Assembly: GCA_950097015.1 (NCBI GenBank) | Contig: CATNEN010000011.1 | Span: forward strand, 2,976,001-3,040,000 | Origin: Macrostomum hystrix | Lineage: Eukaryota; Animalia; Platyhelminthes | DNA: 64,000 nt | Reading direction: 5' to 3' | Shown: positions 1 through 11,155 of the stretch, in pieces | Position numbering within the stretch: the stretch's first letter is position 1 | Layout of the letters: the number at the start of each line of letters is the position of its first letter | Program-made: the position numbers and the translations under genes | The notes under the pieces: model-generated | Seen by the model: only the letters and a program-made list of their open reading frames with translations | Database searches by the model: none | What the model was told of the DNA's origin: nothing

Positions 1-1034
1 ATCCTTCTACCCCTAATTTATCCATCCTTCTACTCTCTATTCCACCCCCACCCAAGGTAGGTTAATTTATTTTACCTGAAGAGAATAATTGTCAAAACAT
101 AATTAAGTTTAGGTCAAGCACTTGTTTAATTATGCCGTTATGTGGTTCATTGCAGTAAATACTTTTTCAATTGAGATAAATTATCTTATGTATACCCTTT
201 TGACTGTCATCTACATTAGCACAATTTTCAATTGGAAAACGATGCGAACGCTTAAAATTGAGTTTTTTTTAAAAGCCACATTCCATATTCAAAATGAATT
301 GTTAAATTTACGATTTTAATTAATTATCTACTTAATTAAACTTCTTATAAATGTTCCAATTATACTACTGCCCAGTTTGTCTATTGTAAGCAGTTTTCAT
401 TTTACGTAACTGAAATATAAAACTGCACGTTAGACATAAATCAATGCTGCTTTCTAAGTGTTGTCAGTTGTCTCAATAATTTAGATATTTGGAGGAAAAG
501 TTTAATGCCCTGCCTGACACTTTATCGTTTCTACTTTGAAGCTGTAATTCTATTTCAGTTTTAATGGTCAAACAAACTTAGCTACAATTAAATTATTTAA
601 TTTTCCTCTTTGATGTGATGAAATATTTTTTCATGTTTTTCTTAGTTGAAAAAAACACAGAATTGTGCCTAAATTTTCAGGACTATATTTTATTAGGTTC
701 GTATTGCTGTTCCTATTATTTAATATATGGCCTAGTTATTCAATTAAACTAAATTTAACTAGACATGTTAGTGTATGAATCTGGTTTGTGAGGAACCTGA
801 CTTAGTTTAATTTCTATCAATTCATTCATTTTTCTATGCATACACAATTAGTTTTCGTATTTGTCTTAAGAATTATTAACTGCCTATACTACAATTGCAT
901 GTCGATTCTAGCTCCTAACAATAAAATGTTAAATTTAACATTGAAACATTTGCGCATTTCACTAAGACACTTTTTGTTTTTTATTTTAAGACTGACACAA
1001 ATTTATACTGTAAAAGTCCTAATAGTGTTAGTTA

Positions 1035-1440
1035 AGACACAGAGCCTACCTTTGAGATATCCTACCTGTTAAGACAGATCCTAACTTTTAAGACATCCTA
1101 CCTGTTAAGAAACAGATCCTACCTGTTAAAACACATCCTAACTGTTAAGAAACAGATCCAACCTGTTAAGAAACAGATCCAACCTGTTAAGACACTACCT
1201 ACCTGTTAAGACACGTCCTACCTGTTAAGAAACAGATCCAACCTGTTAAGACACTACCTACCTGTTAAGACACGTCCTACCTGTTAAGAAACAGATCCAA
1301 CCTGTTAAGACACTACCTACCTGTTAAGACACGTCCTACCTGTTAAGAAACAGATCCAACCTGTTAAGACACTACCTACCTGTTAAGACACATCCTACCT
1401 GTTCAGACACACATCCTACCTGTTAAGACACTACCTACCT
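1035..1440. repeat. Minisatellite, ~19-21 bp (CCTACCTGTTAAGACA core)
   Basis: Direct inspection; boundaries approximate. Confidence 0.9.
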
Positions 1441-2330
1441 GTCTAGGCTACTATTCTACCTTTCTATCTTCCTATCCTACCTGTCAAGGTTCCTATGCTA
1501 CCTGTATAGGCTACTATCCTACTGTCCTACCTCTCGAGATATCTTTCATACCTGTCTAGGCTACTACCCTACCTGTCTAGCTTCCTATCCTACCTGTCTA
1601 GCATTCTACCGAACTGTCTAGGCTACTATCCTACCTGTCTATGGTACTATACTACCTATATAGTCCACTATCCTACTGTCCTACCTGTCTAAATTTCTAA
1701 CTTACCTGTCCAGGCTACTATCCTACCTGTCAAGATTTCTATCCTACCTGTCTAAGCTGCTATCCTACCTGTATAGCTTCCTACCTTCCTGTCTAGGCTA
1801 CTATCCTACCTGTCTAGGCAGGCTACTATCCTACCTCTCTAGGCTACTATCCTACCTCTCTAGGCTACTATCCTACCTGTCTAGGCAGGCTACTATCTTA
1901 CCTGTCTAGGCAGGCTACTATCCTACCTCTCTAGGCTACTATCCTACTTGTCTATGGTACTATACTACCTATATAGTCCACTATCCTACTGTCCTACCTG
2001 TCTAAATTTCTAACTTACCTGTCCAGGCTACTATCCTACCTGTCAAGATTTCTATCCTACCTGTCTAAGCTGCTATCCTACCTGTATAGCTTCCTACCTT
2101 CCTGTCTAGGCTACTATCCTACCTGTCTAGGCAGGCTACTATCCTACCTCTCTAGGCTACTATCCTACCTCTCTAGGCTACTATCCTACCTGTCTAGGCA
2201 GGCTACTATCTTACCTGTCTAGGCAGGCTACTATCCTACCTCTCTAGGCTACTATCCTACTTGTCTATGGTACTATACTATCTATATAGGCTACTATCCT
2301 ACCTTACCTACCTACTATCCTATGTGTCTA
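1441..2330. repeat. Minisatellite, ~21 bp (CTACTATCCTACCTGTCTAGG) with a 313-bp higher-order period
   Basis: Marker ATGGTACTATACTA recurs at 1641, 1954 and 2267. Confidence 0.9.
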
Positions 2331-2478
2331 GATTTCTTTCTTACCTTCCTGTGCTACTATCCCACCTATTTAGATTCGGAACCTTCCGATCTAATTTCCG
2401 ATCCAACCCAATTAGACTACTATTATATATCCTAAACGCGGATACCAACATTACAATCCCATCATATAATTATTTCAG

Positions 2479-3948
2479 TGGCCTCGCCTTCTCTATCGGG
2501 TTGGACTACCCTGCGCTGTTGGCGCCGCAGCCGCCGCTGCCGCAGCCGCCTACGCTCATTCGTCGTCTTCGTCTCTGTCCCCCGGTGTAGACTCTGTCAA
2601 TAAAAGCAACTCGGAGAATTACAGAGCCGTGCCTGGAGTTGCCGCATCTACCGTAGTGGTATCGGCTGTGCCAGCCAGCGATTTCAATCTGTCCAACAGT
2701 GACGCCCCAGTCTATATTAATCCGCTGCCCAGTGTGCAAGCATCCCCGGCTTCGCTCCATGGCAACCTCCGCTGCTCCGATCCTGTCCCGGCTACCGGAG
2801 CTCGTTGGAATCGAAACTGGGACGCCATGGCCGGTCGGGCTGGCAGTCGGGTTCGGCATATTGTCCTCGTTAGGCACGGACGGTATAGTCTGTCCGGCAG
2901 CCACCTGGACGATATGGGACGAGAGCAGGTGAGATTATTGTGGTTAGGGATTATAATTCTATACTTTTGATCATCCTCATATCCTCAATATCTTCCCAAA
3001 TCCCATCTTTAATAGTCCTGATCATACTGAGCAGTGATTCTTCCCAGATCCTCATTTTGAGCAGCTATTCTTCACAGATCCTCATTTTGAGTCATTCCAG
3101 ATCCTTATTTATATTCTTCCTAAGTCTTCATCTTGCATCTACTCAGATGCTGATATTTAGTCTATCCAGATCCTCATCTCGAGTCTATCCAGATCCTCAT
3201 CTCGAGTCTATCAAGATCCTCATCTTGAGTCTATCAAGGTCCTCATCTTGAGTCTATCAATGTACTCATCTTGAGTCTATCAAGATCCTCATCTTGAGTC
3301 TATCAAGGTCCTCATCTTGAGTCTATCAAGATCCTCATCTTGAGTCTATCAAGATCCTCATCTTGGGGCACTCTTATCAAATCCCTATTTTGAACGTCAA
3401 TAAACCGGGATTCAAATCGCTAGGCCGACATCCTTGGTTCCCGCCTGGCCCAGCTGCACTCCCAGCACGGCATCGCTCGCCTAATCTCTTCTAATTCTAC
3501 GCGCGCCGTTGAAACCTCCGAGATCGCCATGCGGCACCTGCCGCACCTGGCTGGTAAGAGAGGCGAGGACCCCATCCTGAGAGAGATCAGCTGTCCCATA
3601 CCCCCTGAGCCGCCTATGACCAATGACCGGCCTGAGTATCGCTATCACGAAGGCTCCGCTCTGGCCGAAGCCGCCTTTCGTCGGCACATTCGCCGGAGAT
3701 CGAAGAGCGAAGAAGCTCGCCTACAGTCCGACGACAAACTGGAGGTGGTTGTCTGCCACGCTAACCTGATCCGATTTTTCATTTGCCGCGCCCTGCAGTT
3801 ACCACCTGAGGCTTGGCTGAGATTCTCTTTGGATCATTGTTCTATTACCTGGCTTAGTCTGTATCCTGATGGAGAAGTTTGTCTGCGCTCCTACGGCGAC
3901 TCCGGTTATATGCCTAGTCGATGCGTGACTAACATTAATGCCGACTGA
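2479..3948 (+). CDS. PGAM5: PGAM5-like mitochondrial Ser/Thr phosphatase, paralog 1 (coding exons 2479-2928 and 3424-3948; first exon/ATG not located)
   Basis: The spliced frame gives [27 protein letters not shown] (anchor-like), WNRNWD, LVRHGRY, GREQ|ADILGSRL, STRAVET, LRE, PPEPP, AEAAFRRHIRR, VCHANLIRFFICRALQLPPEAWLRFSLDHCSITWL and LRSYGDSGYMP, matching the PGAM5 histidine-phosphatase motif series. Acceptor TTTCAG ends at 2478, donor GTGAGA is at 2929, acceptor TAG ends at 3423; all phase 0. Confidence 0.93.
2965..3365. repeat. 23-bp minisatellite (AAGATCCTCATCTTGAGTCTATC) in the PGAM5-1 intron
   Basis: Direct inspection; the 5' part is degenerate. Confidence 0.9.
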
Positions 3949-4059
3949 GTTTGACGGGACACTTCTAAATTCTGTATCATTTTTGCTGGTTTTTTCTGAT
4001 TTCATTTTTATGATATTTTGGGGATAAAAATAACCGTTTTGGAACTACTACCCTAGATA

Positions 4060-4650
4060 ATCACTCTGCTCTTCCCCTCTGTCACTCTCCTCTCTTCCCC
4101 TCTGTCACTATGCTCTCTTTCACCTCTATCACTCTCCCCTCTTTCACCTGTCACTATCTCATCTTCCCCTCTGTCACTCTCCTACGGCCTCTGTCACTCT
4201 CCTCTCTTCTCCTCTGTCACTCTCCTCTCTTCTCCTCTGTCACTCTCCTCTCTTCCCCTCTGTCCCTCCCTTCCCCTCTGTCACTCTCCTCCCTTCCCCT
4301 CTGTCACTCTCCTATCTTCCCCTCTGTCACTCTCCTCTCTTCTCCTCTGTCACTCTCCTATCTTCCCCTCTGTCACTCTCCTCTCTTCCCCTCTGTCACT
4401 CTCCTCTCCTCTCCTCTGACACTCTCCTCTCCTACCCTCTGACACTCTCCTCTCCTACCCTCTGACACTCTCCTCTCCTACCCTCTGACACTCTCCTCTC
4501 CTACCCTCTGATACTCTCCTCTCCTACCCTCTGACACTCTCCTCTCCTACCCTCTGACACTCTCCTCTCCTACCCTCTGACACTCTCCTCTCCTACCCTC
4601 TGACACTCTCCTCTCCTACCCTCTGACACTCTCCTCTCTTCACCTCTGAA
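4060..4650. repeat. 23-bp pyrimidine-rich minisatellite (CTCTGTCACTCTCCTCTCTTCCC)
   Basis: Direct inspection. Confidence 0.9.
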
Positions 4651-5376
4651 TTTTTTTATTCCGTCACTTTCATCCCTAGCCTCTAGTAAAGCATGTTATC
4701 TAGATTCAAACTAAGATATTACCCTTCTTAGGTAATATTAGTGTCTTTTAGACAGCGCAATGTAGCAGTTATGCTTAAATTGTCGCTGAAAACCCTTAAT
4801 TTTAGTTGAGTTTTTTTCTCCAGTTTTTTTCTTTAAAAAGAAGGCTTCATATGTTATGATTATTTTTTAGTTGCAACCCATAAATTCGAATCAAAATGTC
4901 ATGAAAATTATGGTTTAATTTCCTTTTCCGTTTCATTTCTTGTTTCAAATCTGCATTAAAACCATTCTGCTGTGCTTTAGTGAATAACTAAAGCTTATTT
5001 CTTGCTTTAGAAAAATAAACGCAGTGACGATGCCATCTTTGCGTGTTTTGAGTCTTTCCCGAACATCGTGTTTTTTTCATTCATTTTTAAGCAGTTTATG
5101 GTCAGTTTAAGTCTTTCTTATCAGTCCTTGTAGTGTACAATCGTTGTTATCAGTCTTTGTAGTCTGTTGGGTCTTTATCAACAGTATTTACATTGTGTAC
5201 TCTTTATTTTCGGTCCTTGTAGTCTGTAGAGTCTTTGTTACCAGTCTTTGTACTCTATATCGTCACTATCATCAGTCTTTGTTGTCTGTAGGTTTTTTAT
5301 TTTCAATATGCCGCACTTAAAATCTTAGACATGAAACATTTATAGAAATTTCTTCATTATCCGTACTTCCTTGCAG

Positions 5377-6863
5377 AGTCCGTCTACAAGGCTCTTTGGC
5401 TTCGGCCTGTCGTGCTCCGCCGTCGCCGCGGCAGCATCTGGCTCCTTAGCCTACGCAATACTGAGCAGCAGAAATAACAACAATGAGAACCAATTAGTGT
5501 CTGCTACCACTGTCGCTAATTCGGCGCAAGGTTTGACACCGGCCTCGCCAATTCCAGCAGTTAACAATAAGTCAGCAGTTTATCTACACCCTGTGACTAG
5601 CGATCAGTTATTAAACAATCTGAGATGTTGCGATCCGGTATTGCCTGGCGCCAAATGGGACAATAACTGGGACACTAGGGCCAACCGGTCCAAGAATGTT
5701 AATAGAATTCGAAGAATTTTACTTGTCAGACACGGCAGATTTCATCATTCGGATAGGCTGCTGGACGATTTGGGTAGAAAACAGGCCGATCTATTGGGCC
5801 AGCGATTAGCTGAGCTGCACAGTTGCTATGGCATCAAAAGCATCACATCGTCCAGCGCTCCTAGAGCCATACAGACGGCAGAACTGGCTATGCAACAATT
5901 GCCGGTTGATTTTAAACGATCGGAATGTCACTTGCTCACTGAAGTTGGTTGGCCTTGTCCGCCTGAACCGCCCGGGTCTAACTTTGTGCCCGAATATTAT
6001 TATCACGAGAGGGCGGCTAGGGCAGAGGCCGCCTTTAGGCGACACATTCACCGAGCGGATGTTGAAGATGAGGCTGACCAGTTGGAGGTTTGTGGCTGTT
6101 GAATTTACTGTGTATACTCAAGATTATGACAGGGGAGCGACTCAAGATTATGACATGGGAGCGACTCAAGATTATGACAGGGGAGCGACTCAAGATTATG
6201 ACTTGGGAGCGACTCAAGATTATGACATGGGAGCGACTCAAGATTATGACAGGGGAGCGACTCAAGATTATGGCATGGGAGCGACTAAATATTATGATAT
6301 GGGAGCGACTCAAGATTATGACATGGGAGCGACTTAAGATGAAGATCTAGAAGGGACTCAAGATGATGATCTTAGAGGACTTAAGATAGGGTTATGGAAG
6401 TACTCAAGATGATGATCTGGGAGGACTCAAGATGATGATCTGGGAAGACTCAAGATGATAATTTGGGAGGACTCAAGATGATAATTTGGGAGGACTCAAG
6501 ATGATGATCTGGGAGGACTCAAGATGATCTGGGAAGACTCAAGAAAATGATGTGGGAAGACTCAAGATGATGATCTGGGAAGACTCAAGATGATGATCTG
6601 GGAAGATGTGGCGGATCTGAGCTCTTAAATCACAAAACAGAACACCCACCACCGTTCAGGTGTTCGTCTGTCACAGGAACATCATTCGCTACATGGTCTG
6701 TCGGGCCCTCCAGCTGCCACCGGAGGCCTGGCTCCGATTCTCCGTTGATCACTGCTCAGTGACCTGGCTAGATTTGTATCCGGACGGTCGGGTTAGTTTG
6801 CGCTGCCTTGGCGACTCGGGACACCTGCCCGGGCGATTATTAACTAAGGAAAATGTTCACTGA
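5377..6863 (+). CDS. PGAM5: PGAM5-like phosphatase, paralog 2 (coding exons 5377-6087 and 6660-6863; candidate start ATG|GTCAGT at 5098-5100)
   Basis: Motifs: WDNNWD, LVRHGRF, GRKQADLLGQRL, APRAIQT, LTE, PPEPP, ARAEAAFRRHIHRAD, QLE|VFVCHRNIIRYMVCRALQLPPEAWLRFS and LRCLGDSGHLP. Acceptor TTGCAG ends at 5376, donor GT is at 6088, acceptor TTCAG ends at 6659; phase 0. Confidence 0.93.
6115..6610. repeat. 24-bp (ACTCAAGATTATGACATGGGAGCG) then 23-bp (ACTCAAGATGATGATCTGGGAGG) minisatellite in the PGAM5-2 intron
   Basis: Direct inspection. Confidence 0.9.
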
Positions 6864-7009
6864 TTAACACCAACTCTGTTCTGAAGTTCCTAGATAAATA
6901 ATTTTTGGGATTTTTTGTTGCCACACAATAATGCCTTTGTAATTGGTGTTCGATATTTATCATTTGTGCTTCCTTATTGGGTAAGGAAGCTATGGATTGC
7001 ATTCCATCT

Positions 7010-7630
7010 ACCAACCACTCTACTCCATCTACCACCCACTCTACTCTATCTACCACCCGCTCTACTCCATCTAATACCCACTCTACTCCATCTACCACCC
7101 GCTCTACTCTATCTACCACCCACTCTACTTCATCTTCTAACCAGTCTACTCCATCTACCACTATACTTCATCTACTACTCTACTCAATCTACTACTCTAC
7201 TCAATCTACTACTCACTCTACTCCATCTACTACTCACTCTACTCTATCTACTACTCACTCTACTCTATCTACTACTCAATCTACTCCATCTACTACTTAC
7301 TCTACTCTATCTACTACTCACTCTACTCTATCTACTACTCACTCTACTCTATCTACTACTCACTCTACTCCATCTACTACTCCCTCTACTCCATCTACTA
7401 CTCACTCTACTCTATCTACTACTCACTCTACTCCATCTACTACTTACTCTACTCTATCTACTGCTCACTCTACTCTATCTACTGTTCACTCTACTCCATC
7501 TAATACTCACTCTACTCAATCTACTACTCACTCTACTCTATCTACTGTTCACTCTACTCCATCTACTACTCACTCTACTCAATCTACTACCTAGTCTACT
7601 CAATCTAATGCCCCATCTTCTCTATCTTTT
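7010..7630. repeat. 21-bp minisatellite (CTACTACTCACTCTACTCCAT)
   Basis: Direct inspection. Confidence 0.9.
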
Positions 7631-8510
7631 ACTCTAACAGCGCCATCTACTACCCTGTACTATCATAATTGTAGCATCTACTACTACCGTGTCTATTGCC
7701 CTTTACCCACTCATATTATCATGTCTACCCTATCCTGTATATTTTATGAACCATTGTCTCTGCCATCCCCTACCAAGTCCTCTTGTCTTCTCGCAGCCCA
7801 ATTTCTCTCCCCTCAGTCTCGACCACAATCACGATTGTCTAACATTTGACACCTTGTTTAGTTTTCTCTGTCTTCATAACACAAGTATGATTTCAAATGA
7901 CACACACATGATAGCTTTTACCGATAATCTCTTGTTTTACTACACATTCTTTTATTTATTTATTTTACAATTTTCCCATTTTTAGCACTTATAATATAGT
8001 GCTAAACATTGCTTCCTTTTTAACGTGATATTTTTACATTTCAACACATTTAATTCAATAATGTTATGCTTAATTTTAACGTTTTACAATAATAGCTGCT
8101 CAAAGTTTTATTTTCATACTGAGTATAGAGTTAACAAACAAGAATATGTTGTTTATTTTTTTTGTAGTTAACAATTTTAACAGTTGGACTTCCAAACCGT
8201 AGAGATATTCAACGAAATACATTGATTCTACTTGACTATTGATTATCATTTTAACGAGAATCTCATTTCAGTTCTCATTTCTATCGCTTAGTTGCAATAA
8301 AGTAAATTTATTTGGTCTTGTTGGCCTTTCTACTTGAAAAAAAATTATGCGAGTCGCCCCACTGACCGAAATACAAAGCACTGAATTTCAGTTTTTTCAA
8401 CTTGAAAAATACTAAGTATTTATAATTGTTTTTTCATTTGTGTAACTAGCTATTTGTTTAGTCTTCTAACAGAATTCATTTAGTGGTTTATATCGATTTA
8501 CTAGTCATGT

Positions 8511-8787
8511 AATAATAATAATAATAATAATAATTGATTACACCTGCCCCAATTGGGACAGATATGCAGTCGACAGCAAAGCCGCAGCTGGCGCATTGGA
8601 AGGCTGTGTACAGCTTTTCAGTCCATGGACAGGGGACGCCACACCCACCATCAATTACCCCAGCTAATGCTGGTACCCATTTAACAGCTGGGTGAACAGA
8701 ATCAATGCAGAGATAAGTGTCTTATTAAAGTACACAAACTGTTCCAGTGTAGTCAGGAATCGAACCCCCGACCTTCATCTAATCGTC
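8511..8787 (-). mobile_element. tRNA-derived SINE family B (CORE-like domain), copy 1
   Basis: Minus strand: B-box GGTTCGATTCC, core AAGACACTTATCTCTGCATTG..TTCACCCAGCTGTTAAATGGGTACC, and an (ATT)n tail. Colinear with 59410-59680. Confidence 0.75.
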
Positions 8788-8855
8788 TAAGATGACTGTT
8801 TAAATTTAAAACTTCTTTAATCTTCAGGCCTCTAAGCTTCAACAATCGCCAGCCA

Positions 8856-11155
8856 ATGGAAGATCGGCCTGATAGCTACGCCCGCGAAGATCCCATAGTT
8901 GAGTTACATCTTCCTTCGCCAAAACTTGACGCCAGCGATATGTTTAAGTCTGACATCAATCATTATAGTCCGTCCACTTCTGATCCAATGCAACGAATCG
9001 GAGTTCAATATCAAGAGCAGCAGGACGATCTGGACTCGTCTAGTGTTGAATTCGACGAACCGAACAGTCACCAACCCGTTGCTATGGCGAGATCTAATCA
9101 ATTAACTGAAGAAAGTCAGCGGCGGCTTAGCCACAGTGCCGAATCGGAAGTTTCCGAATTGTCTAACGCTGCTGATCAGGCTGACGAAAACTTGGAACGC
9201 CTCTTAGATAAATATAATCTGCGAACTGGGGACACTGCTCAACCATTGACTGTTGGAATCAGTGAGGAATACAACTGGCGCCAGGCAGATACTAATTATA
9301 GCCACTTTGGCAACGGCTTTGCTGACCTGTCTCCGCCGCCGCCTCCACCACCCCCACTTGCTCAAACTCTTCTTGCTGTTAAAAGTAAGCAATATCAGCA
9401 GCAGCAGCAGCAGCAGCAGCCAAAGCCGCAGCAGCAGCCAAAGCCGCAGCAGCACATATCAGTCTATGACTATCTGTCCGAAGAAACTAAGCGCTATTTG
9501 AGTCAGGCAAAATTTAACAGTCTTGAAGATGATTTAGTCGAGCGAGTGACAGCGCCGCCTGCCTTTGTATCGGCGACTTCTGGGCCGTCGGCATCCACAA
9601 CTCCTAAGAGTCCTCGAACTTATCGTTCCGCTGCTTCTGCTTCAACCCAGCAACAGCAGCAACAGCAGCAGCCGCAATACTTGATCAATAAGTACATGGA
9701 GAATATCAAAACAATGGTTTCCGACGCTTTAACGCGTCGACCCGTGTCTTCTCCAGCCGCGGCCGCTGCAACCTCTGCAGCTACATCTTCTACCCAAGAC
9801 GATGTAAAGTCCACGGACAAGGGTCGATTGATAGCAACGTCGAATGCAGGCGTTAGAAAATCTTCCCCATTCTCTGGCCCGGAATATCCTCTTCCGGGAG
9901 CGTCGGCTCTGACTGAGACTTCATTTTCAGCTAAGCAGCTTGATGCCAACGTGCGTCGCTGGTTGGCTTCGTTAAACCTGAGAAATCCAGATAAATATGC
10001 GGCCATATTTGAGCGTCACGAAATTGACATGGAATGCCTCTTGCTGCTCAACACCGAGGCTCAGCTGCGAAAGCTCGGCGTCACAGCCATTGGTCCGCTG
10101 ACAAAAATGCTGCACTCGATTCGGAAACTGAACAGCGGACAACAGGCTAGAAAGCGACCAGCATCGGCGCCTAATCATCAAGCAGCACCGGCGTCAGCCA
10201 GACGTCCTGAAGGCGTACCACCATTGCATCTGCACATGGCCAGGGTTATTGAGCGCCAGCAGAAATTGAAACAGAAGCAGAAAAACCAACAAGAGCAGCA
10301 GCAGCAGCAACCTTCACCGTCGCCGCGGCCCTGGATACCGGGTGGCGCCAGGGGCAGGCTAGACGCCAGAGCCCAGCAACAGCAGACGCCATCTGCCAAG
10401 CCTGCAACCGCTAAGAAGCATCATCAACAGGCTTCATCGCAGCAGCAGCAGGAGCAGCATCTGGCAAGTTCTCCGACCGTGGCGGGCAATCTTCATCATC
10501 AGCCATTGTTAAACAACAAGCAGTTAGTCAGCCAGGCTGAACGGGACATCGCAAAGGCTGCTCAGCGAGTCAAACAGAAGGAGTTGCGCGAGAAAGAGCA
10601 GCTGTTAGAAGCTCGCCGACAGCACAACGAATGGCGCCAGCGTCGCGACGATATTCTACGGCATCGTCGACCGACGCCTCCGACGACGACAACGAAGACT
10701 TCGGTTGGTACACCGCGAACTCCGCGCAAACCAGACAGCAATCAGCAGCCCCAACAGCCGTCCGCAGTTTCGAAGTCGACGCCCGCATCCGGTAGCACCG
10801 CTGTATTGTCTCGCACTGAAGACACATCAATGTCGGCATTTCGCAGCGAAATAAGCGAGATTGAACGAAAAATTAGCGAATTACTTAATGAAAATGGCGG
10901 TGGCGCTGGTTTAGGAAGTTCTTTAACCGCTCAATCAAATGTTAGTCCCAATCTACTGCTAGACTCTGTCGAAACATTTCAAAAACAGTTGAGGCAATTG
11001 CAAAATCGGGTAGCTTCTCATCGTCAGCAACAGCAACAGCAGCAGCAGCAGCAAAAGCTGCCAAAGCAGCAGTCCCCGCCGCAGAAGGAGGATGTTCGAG
11101 TTTCGCAAAGTGTGACAGCTAAGGCTGTCGGCTTTGAACCGAGTGTCGGTGGCTC
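8856..11155 (+). CDS. SAM-kinase gene, coding exon 1 (SAM domain, polyQ, coiled coil)
   Basis: 2.3-kb open frame containing the SAM motif; ends at a GTAAGC donor. Confidence 0.85.

Noticed and set aside
6915-7637. Mucin-like (STTHST) and Leu-rich ORFs
   Set aside because: Both are frames of the 21-bp array downstream of PGAM5-2.
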